Source: an uncultured Acidobacteriota bacterium
GTDB lineage: Bacteria; Acidobacteriota; Thermoanaerobaculia; UBA5066
Reading direction: 5' to 3'
Length of the DNA stretch: 64,000 nt
NCBI GenBank assembly: GCA_963779415.1
Contig: CAVZYA010000001.1
Span: 1,312,001 to 1,376,000 of the forward strand
Shown here: one piece after another, positions 57,787 through 64,000 of the stretch
Numbering within the stretch: position 1 is the stretch's first letter
How the letters are laid out: every line of letters begins with the position of its first letter
The notes under the pieces: model-generated
Told to the model about the DNA's origin: nothing
The model's database searches: none
What the model saw: only the letters and a program-made list of their open reading frames with translations
Translations under genes and position numbers: made by a program

Positions 57787-59121
57787 ATGAGTGCGACTTC
57801 CGGGGCGTTCCCCTCCGAGGTGGACGCCGTCGTCTGCGGCGGCGGACCGGGGGGCTCGACGTTCGCGACGTTGATGGCCCTGAAGGGCTACCGGACCGTC
57901 GTCTTCGAGCGCGAGAGGTTTCCCCGCTTCCACATCGGCGAGTCACTCCTCCCCTGGAACGTGCCGCTCTTCGAGCGCATCGGGGTGCTTTCGAAGCTGA
58001 AGGAGGCGAAACCGCAGCTGAAGCTCGGGGCCCGCTTCTACCACCAGGGCTCGGACTTCACGCGCCCGGTGCTCTTCGCAAACGGCATCGACCGCGACCA
58101 CCCGAGCGCGTTCCAGGTGAAGCGGGCCGAGTTCGACGCCCTTCTCCTCGGCCACGCCCGGGAGTCGGGCGCGACCGTCATCGAAGGGGCGCGGGTGACG
58201 GAAGCGCTCTTCAGCGAGGACGGCGTGAGGGCACACGGCGTGAAGGTGCTCCTCGAGGGAGAGAGCGAGCCGCGCTCCGTGGAGGCGAAGGTGGTCGTGG
58301 ACGCCACCGGCCGCGACGCCCTCCTCTCCCGCCGCCTCGGCGGGCGGAGGCGCGATCCCCTTCTCGACCGCTCGGCCGCGTTCGCGCACTACGACACCTT
58401 CCGGCGTGCGGAGGGACCCACCGGCGGGGACATCGTCGTCATCACGACGCCGGACGGCTGGTGGTGGCTGATCCCCTTCTCCGACGGCTCCGTCTCGGTC
58501 GGCATCGTCATGCCGTCGCGGCGGTTCAAGGAGCGCCCCGGCACCGTGGAACGGCTCTTCGAGGAGTCGGTGGCGGGGACACCGGAGGTGCGAGACCTCC
58601 TTGCGGGCTCGAAGCGGACGATGGACGTGCAGGCCATCGCGGACTACTCGTACTCGACGCCCCGCATCTCCGGCGACGGCTTCTGTCTCGTGGGAGACGC
58701 GGCCTGCTTCCTCGATCCCGTCTTCTCGAGCGGCGTCCTCCTCGCGATGGAGTCGGCCGAGCTGGCGGCTTCCTCGGTCGACCGCGCTCTCCGCAGCAAG
58801 GGGCGCGTCGACGCGGCGGACTTCAGGGAATTCGAGAAGATCTACCGGCGCGCCGTCCGGCGATTTGCGGGCCTGGTCCACGGCTTCTACCAGCCTCATG
58901 TGCTCGAGACCTTCTACGCGCCCGCCCCGAATCCCTGGATCGAGCGCGGGGTCACGACGGTGCTCAGTGGCGGGGTGTTCTTCCCGGACTTCAAGGCCCG
59001 ACTTTCCATGGCCGCTTTCCATTTCTTCACGGCCGTGACGCGCATCGTCCAGGCGATCCGCGGCCGCGGCGCCTTCGAGCGGGCGACGGGACTGACGGAA
59101 GGTGGCCGGGATCGCCGATGA
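57787..59121 (+). CDS. Flavin-dependent halogenase-family protein
   Basis: GGGPGG, FPRFHIGESLLP, K79 in K.G, WWWLIP, GDAA.F.DPVFSSG. Confidence 0.8.
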   Translation: MSATSGAFPSEVDAVVCGGGPGGSTFATLMALKGYRTVVFERERFPRFHIGESLLPWNVPLFERIGVLSKLKEAKPQLKLGARFYHQGSDFTRPVLFANGIDRDHPSAFQVKRAEFDALLLGHARESGATVIEGARVTEALFSEDGVRAHGVKVLLEGESEPRSVEAKVVVDATGRDALLSRRLGGRRRDPLLDRSAAFAHYDTFRRAEGPTGGDIVVITTPDGWWWLIPFSDGSVSVGIVMPSRRFKERPGTVERLFEESVAGTPEVRDLLAGSKRTMDVQAIADYSYSTPRISGDGFCLVGDAACFLDPVFSSGVLLAMESAELAASSVDRALRSKGRVDAADFREFEKIYRRAVRRFAGLVHGFYQPHVLETFYAPAPNPWIERGVTTVLSGGVFFPDFKARLSMAAFHFFTAVTRIVQAIRGRGAFERATGLTEGGRDRR

Positions 59122-59191
59122 ATGAGCCGAAATAGGGCCGAGTTGAGGTAAAGTCGGGTTTCATTTCCATTTCTTCAAGAAAGGAAGATTC

Positions 59192-59632
59192 ATGAGACGT
59201 TTCCTCAATCTCACCCTCGCCGCGCTCTTCGTGGCCGCGGCCATTCCCGTTGCTGCCGCCAACCCGCCGAAGGGCGGAGAGGATGCGGCCAAGAGCCCGC
59301 AAGCGAAGGTCTACCTCGCCTGGGCCAAGGCCGTGAAGGCGGGGGACGTCGAGGCGTGGAAGAAGCTCGTTCCGACCGAGGCGTCAACGCAGATCGAAGC
59401 CCAGGCCAAGGAGATGAAGAAGACGCCCAAGGACGTGCTCGAGTTCCTCGGGGCGATGACCCCGGACGAGAACAAGTTCACGGGCCTCAAGGTCGACGGG
59501 AGCAAGGCCACGCTCTCGGTCACCGGGAAGACGAAGGGCGAGCCCAAGCCCTCCTACGGGAAAGTCGAGATGATCCTCGAGGGGGGCGCCTGGAAAGTCG
59601 GCAAGCAGAGCTGGAGCGACAAGCCGGAATAG
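59192..59632 (+). CDS. Secreted hypothetical protein
   Basis: Signal peptide; E.G.WK C-terminus. Confidence 0.75.
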   Translation: MRRFLNLTLAALFVAAAIPVAAANPPKGGEDAAKSPQAKVYLAWAKAVKAGDVEAWKKLVPTEASTQIEAQAKEMKKTPKDVLEFLGAMTPDENKFTGLKVDGSKATLSVTGKTKGEPKPSYGKVEMILEGGAWKVGKQSWSDKPE

Positions 59633-59666
59633 CCCGGATCGGAAGCGAGCCCGCCGGCTCTCCCTA

Positions 59667-61537
59667 TCAGACCAGGTTCTTCAGCACGAGCGTGACGTCG
59701 CGCTTCCCGTCGCCCGAATTCACGCTCAGATGGATCTTCGTGCCGGCCGGCTCGGCGCGAAACCGCTTGCGCAGGGCAACCAGGGTCGCGTCGTCCACGG
59801 GGACGCCCTCCACGGCGACGATCGAATCGCCGGCCCGCAGGCCCGCCGCCTCGGCCGCTCCGCCGACGGTGACGTCGACCACCTTCAGGGCCGCGCCGGC
59901 GCGGTTGATCCACATTCCCGAACGGTCGTAGACGTCGGGGAGCGCGTTCCCCGCGTTCGGCTCGAAGATGATCCGCTTTCCCGCGTAGTCGAAGACGAGG
60001 TTGAAGCGCTTGAGCACTCCCGCGCCGACGTTTCCCGCCACGTACGGGTCGGTGAATCCCCCCTTCTGCTGCAGGCTCAGCTCCGTCACCGGCGAAGAGA
60101 TCGAGACGTCGGCCAGGCGCAGCTCCCCCGCCCGGACGATCAGTCCGCGCGCCGGCCCGCCGACGCCCCAGCCCGTGACGGCTTCGTAACGCGCCCCGAG
60201 CTTCTTCTTCAAGTCGTTCTTCTCGGCGAAGGGCTTCAGGAGGGAGAGCGACGCGCGGCTTCCGGTGTCGATGTCGAACTTGCCGGGGATGCCGTCGATG
60301 CTCCCGTCGACCTGCGGGATCTGGTCGTTGAACCGGAAGGGGACGATGATGCCGTGACCCTGGTAGGCGAATGCCGACGGCACGGTCAGCGTGAGCTGGC
60401 CGTGCTCGTAGTCGATCCGAACCACGAAGCGCTTGAAGACCTCGTAGCCGATCAGCCCCGCCTGCGGGACTCCCTCGACGTCGGCGAAGCTCTCCAGCGG
60501 GAAGACGGCGAATAGCTGTTTCCTGAGCGTCACGTCGCCCACCGAGAGCGACTCGAGGTTCACCAGCCCCACGTCCTCGGATTTTTCCCCCACGCCGCGT
60601 CCCTGAAGCGCCCCTTCGGGCTTCACGCCCAGCCTGGCCGCCAGCGTCGGAGTGATGACGTTGGACCCGCCCGTGTCGCAGAGGAACGTGAAGGGTCCCT
60701 GGCCATTGAGCTTCACCTTCACGTAGATGTGATTGTTGATCAGGTCGAACGGCAGGGTCGTGGCGGTCTTCCCCCCGGCAAACGCGAAATCGGGGGGCGG
60801 AGGAACGGGCATCCGGAACTTCGATTCGTCCAGGGGGACGTCGAACTCGACGCTGTCGATGGCGAAGATCTGGTCGTACTTCGTCTCGCCGTTCGTGGAG
60901 CGCCAGGCGAACGCGATCTTCTTGCCGTCGATCGCCCGGTAGTCGGAAAAGAACGTGGTCCGGGTCTCGATCGCCTGCTTCTCGACGATGTGGTCCACCA
61001 GCCATGTGGCGGTGTCGATCCAGATCTCGAAGAGCCGGCCCCCCTTCGGCGTGATCTTCACGGCCTGGAAGCTGCGGCCGCCCACCTCGTGTGTGCCGCC
61101 GTCCTCGACCGCCGCGGGCCAGCGATCCGGATACCAGTAGGCGAGGCAGCGGCGGTACGCCTCGTCGACCGCTCCCTCGACCTCGTCGCCTCCCTCCATC
61201 CGCTTGGACTGGCCTGAGTTGTCCTGCGTCCATCCCGACTGGCCGTCCCACCCCTCAGCTCCGGTGATGGGACCCAGCTTCAAGGATTCGTAGTGGCGGC
61301 CGGTCAAGAGGTCGTTGAACCTTTCGTCGATCCCCTTGAGCCCCCCGTCTCGATCCGGACGCGGCTGTGGGCCGAGTGCACCCCGTCCCAGGCGGAGCCG
61401 CCCATGGCCTCCTTCGACTTTGCCAGTGCGGCCGCGGGCGTCACCCCGGCCACGGCCGGGGCAGCCGTCAGAGCGAGGGCGAGGACGGCCCCGGCCAGCT
61501 CCATCTTCTGCAGCAACGACACCTCGACGATCGACAT
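59667..61537 (-). CDS. Secreted twin aspartyl-protease plus PDZ protein, frameshifted at the C6 run 61341-61346
   Basis: DTGG and DTGS motifs; PDZ (AAEAAGLRAGD); signal peptide in ORF 61304..61588 joins if one G is added. Confidence 0.85.
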
Positions 61538-61683
61538 CGCACGCCCTCCCTCACGGACGGAACTCTTCCTCCAGATCAACTCACCCACCCGTACGGGTTT
61601 TTCGGCCCGTCGGTTCTCCGCTTCGCGGACGGACCCGCCGCTTCTTGAGAGGCCTGGCCCGCTTCGAAGTTGGCAAGCTCGTT

Positions 61684-61810
61684 TTATCCACGCCTGTAGA
61701 GGTCGGTGCTCTGGTACTTCAGACCGGAGTCGGCCATAAGTGTCACGACCGTGGCACCGGGCCCCAGTCGTTCCGCCACTCGAATCACGGCCTCTGCCAT
61801 CCGGACCTTG
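61684..61810 (-). pseudogene. C-terminal fragment of a cysteine synthase (PLP type II)
   Basis: RVAERLGPGATVVTLMADSGLKYQSTDLY; the rest of the gene is absent. Confidence 0.7.
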
Positions 61811-61852
61811 ACGCAGCCGGTTGAGTTCTCCTTCCCGGTCTTTCTCGTCTCC

Positions 61853-62656
61853 TCACCGGCCCAGGGTCGAACAGGCCTCTTCGGCGGCGGCCAGGAGGTC
61901 CTTGGCGGCGCCGGGGTCGATGCATCGGCGCGCGCAAATGGCAATGAGATCCCCCGCAAGCTCCACGCGAAGGAGCCCGCTCTGATGGGCTGCCTTCAGC
62001 ACCAGACGCAGAGCGGGTGTGTCGGCTCGGCGCTCGATCTCCCGGCACTGTCTCGCCAGCCGTACGAGTCCGGCACGCGCTTCCGCCGCCAATGACGTCA
62101 GGGCCGCGTCCAGACGGGGCCCTTCGGCTTGAAACGTCCGGTCGAAGTCAGCGTCCGACGGGTCCACGCTTCCGCTCCCCCGCGCCACTCCACCCTTCCG
62201 TTCCCAGAGACTCAGCCCTGGCCAATCGGCCCCGGGCACGCGGAGGACGGTCGCGGTCCGCATCAGCGTCTGCTTGCCGGACCGGCGGTTGAAGTCGGCC
62301 AGCCACACCTCTCTTCCGCCCGAGGAACCCTCGCAGCCCCAGAGCGTCTCGACGTCGGAGTTCGCGGGATCCGCAAAGACCGACAGGTGGGGAAAGAGGG
62401 CGGTCAGCGACGCGTTGTCGTCCAGGAGCGTGAACCCCGAAAGCTTCGCATACTGCTCCCACCGCGCCCTCCGGCCGAACCACCAGCGCAGGTAGACAAA
62501 CCCGAACAGCGCCGCCGGCGCAAGCAAGACCGCAATCCACAGCCATCCCGGCAGGGTGGAGACGAATTCGAATACGGGATCGACGATCTTCATCACCGCA
62601 CCGAAGAATCTCTCCACCCAGTCGATGAACCGCGCGAGCGCGTCAGGGAGTCTCAT
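61853..62656 (-). CDS. Hypothetical membrane protein
   Basis: One TM followed by a globular domain (FDRTF). Confidence 0.65.
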   Translation of the reverse strand: MRLPDALARFIDWVERFFGAVMKIVDPVFEFVSTLPGWLWIAVLLAPAALFGFVYLRWWFGRRARWEQYAKLSGFTLLDDNASLTALFPHLSVFADPANSDVETLWGCEGSSGGREVWLADFNRRSGKQTLMRTATVLRVPGADWPGLSLWERKGGVARGSGSVDPSDADFDRTFQAEGPRLDAALTSLAAEARAGLVRLARQCREIERRADTPALRLVLKAAHQSGLLRVELAGDLIAICARRCIDPGAAKDLLAAAEEACSTLGR

Positions 62657-62698
62657 TCGACTGAGGCCCGATTCTGACCCTTCTCGCCCTTCAGCGCG

Positions 62699-63055
62699 TC
62701 ACGCCTTCGGCTCGGGCTCGGGGGATTCCGTCCTGCCCCACCGGTTGTTCAGGGCCTTGACGAACGCTTCCCGCTCCTCGGGAGTCATCCTTCCCCAGCG
62801 CCGTCGCATGTCGTACCGCCACGAGCCGCGACCGGAGCCGTGTCCGCGCAATCCTCCGAAGAGAATCCAGCTCAGCGCCATCAGGCCGAGGGCCTGCCAG
62901 TAGCTGATCTCATGCAGCCCGAAGATGCTCGGCATCAGCCAGTTCCAGAGCCCGTAGACCGCCCAGACCAGCCCGGCGAACACCATCAGGAAAACCGGCA
63001 GCAGCGCCACAAGTTTCGCGACGCGATGCACTCTCCTCGTATCCATGGTCTTCAT
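62699..63055 (-). CDS. Small membrane protein coupled to the ECF sigma
   Basis: LWNWLMP.IFGL..I.YWQALGL..L..ILFG, MTPEERE. Confidence 0.8.
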   Translation of the reverse strand: MKTMDTRRVHRVAKLVALLPVFLMVFAGLVWAVYGLWNWLMPSIFGLHEISYWQALGLMALSWILFGGLRGHGSGRGSWRYDMRRRWGRMTPEEREAFVKALNNRWGRTESPEPEPKA

Positions 63056-63621
63056 CCTCCTTTCTCCTTGAACTCGTCGTAAATCCTCTGGAGCCTGCGG
63101 CGCAGATGAAGCACCGCGTAGTGCTTTCGCGAGAGAAGCGTGTTCACGCCGACGCCGGTCTCCGACGCCAGCTCGCGGAAGCTCTTCCCTTCGATCTCGT
63201 GCGCGACGAAGACGTGGCGCTGTTCCTCCGGAAGCTCCGCCAGGGCGGCTTCCAGCTCGTCCAGGAGCACCCCACGCGCATAGGCGGCCTCCGGCCCGGC
63301 GTCCGGCGAAGGGAGCAGCTCTTCGAGCGAACCGATCTCCTCCTCTTCGTCATCCGAAGTGACCCGCGCCAGGGTCGACGACTCCGGCCGCTTCCTGCGG
63401 AACCGGTCGATGATCCGGTTACGCGCCACCCGGAACAGCCAGGCACCGACCTCCTCGATCGGCTTCAACAGGCGGTACGCCTCCACGAGTTCGAAGAAGA
63501 CGTCCTGCAGCAGGTCCTCCACGTCCTCGCGGTCGGGCACGCGCCTGCGGATGAAGTTCCGCAGCCGGCCCTGCTCGCGTTCGATCGCTTCGGCGATTCG
63601 CCGGTCCTGCTCGCTCATCAC
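63052..63621 (-). CDS. ECF sigma-70 factor
   Basis: EDLLQDVF, AWLFRVARN...D, NTLLSRK.YA. Confidence 0.92.
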   Translation of the reverse strand: MMSEQDRRIAEAIEREQGRLRNFIRRRVPDREDVEDLLQDVFFELVEAYRLLKPIEEVGAWLFRVARNRIIDRFRRKRPESSTLARVTSDDEEEEIGSLEELLPSPDAGPEAAYARGVLLDELEAALAELPEEQRHVFVAHEIEGKSFRELASETGVGVNTLLSRKHYAVLHLRRRLQRIYDEFKEKGG

Positions 63622-63657
63622 CCGCTCGAGGATCAGATCTTCCTCCTCTCATCGATG

Positions 63658-63686
63658 TAGACGGATGAGAAGGCTGGATATTGTGA
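63658..63686 (-). promoter_or_regulatory. Putative ECF promoter TCACAAT-N16-CGTCTA
   Basis: Upstream of the ECF gene; CGTC -10 is typical of ECF promoters. Confidence 0.45.
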
Positions 63687-63790
63687 AAGGTGGCGCGCGG
63701 ACCACTCAGGGCGTCGCAAGAAGAATCGATGGGGTCCGACGCGGCCGCTGCCCGTGATCAGTCACCTGGCACCTGAATCGCAACTTATCA

Positions 63791-63851
63791 GACCTGACCC
63801 CATCTGCTTCACTATCTAACCTGCGCACCGCAATCTAGCGGACCTGACCCC
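63791..63851. repeat. Direct repeat GACCTGACCCC, 2 copies
   Basis: 63791-63801 and 63841-63851; an inverted GGGGTC lies at 63731. Confidence 0.7.
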
Positions 63852-63916
63852 ACACCTCGCCGCTTTGACCTCGGGGAGGCTGGTGTTAGATTTCACGCTC
63901 AAGGGGGGACTTCTTC

Positions 63917-64000
63917 ATGAAGCGGTTGCCGTTCGCCGTCGGAGTTTCGATACTCGTGTTCGCGATTCCTGCCGCTGCGCAGACGGCCCGGGATGCCGCG
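63917..64000 (+). CDS. Start of a secreted protein (runs off window)
   Basis: MKRLPFAVGVSILVFAIPAAAQ; upstream TTGACC-N16-TAGATT. Confidence 0.7.
   Translation, partial: MKRLPFAVGVSILVFAIPAAAQTARDAA

Noticed and set aside
63813-63840. ATCTAAC as another attC
   Set aside because: No matching right half or GTTRRRY at a suitable distance.

Overview
A very GC-rich bacterial window. Gene content and order suggest an Acidobacteriota (Thermoanaerobaculia-like) genome, which is inference only. Most long ORFs in the supplied track are shadow ORFs. 1-14 kb (minus strand) is a tightly packed cluster: ECF sigma, anti-sigma, stand-alone secretin-N protein, GspF, GspE, PilM/N/O-like, secretin and three pseudopilins, then M16 peptidase, dut and an MBL hydrolase. 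14-20 kb holds lipid A/LPS genes (waaA, lpxK, LpxL-type, WaaC-type), an Asr-like basic secreted peptide with a sigma54 promoter, and an HNH nuclease. 20-28 kb is pilB-pilT-pilC-pilS-pilR with no pilA, and pilS-pilR read as one fused ORF. 28-30 kb has two type II TA pairs. 30-47 kb is housekeeping/envelope genes, including a FabF-methyltransferase-flavoprotein triad and an ECF/anti-sigma/DUF4097 module with three matching ECF promoters. 47.5-55 kb is the most notable element: a compositionally distinct integron gene-cassette array with at least six attC sites and an attI-like site but no integrase (CALIN). Several attC sites have non-canonical GTC/GAC cores, and the sites decay along the array. 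55-64 kb has a CoA-transferase/acyl-CoA ligase/flavin-dependent halogenase-like operon, a PDZ aspartyl protease, a cysteine-synthase remnant and another ECF sigma. Several single-base frameshifts in G/C runs suggest long-read assembly errors. No rRNA, tRNA or CRISPR array was recognised.
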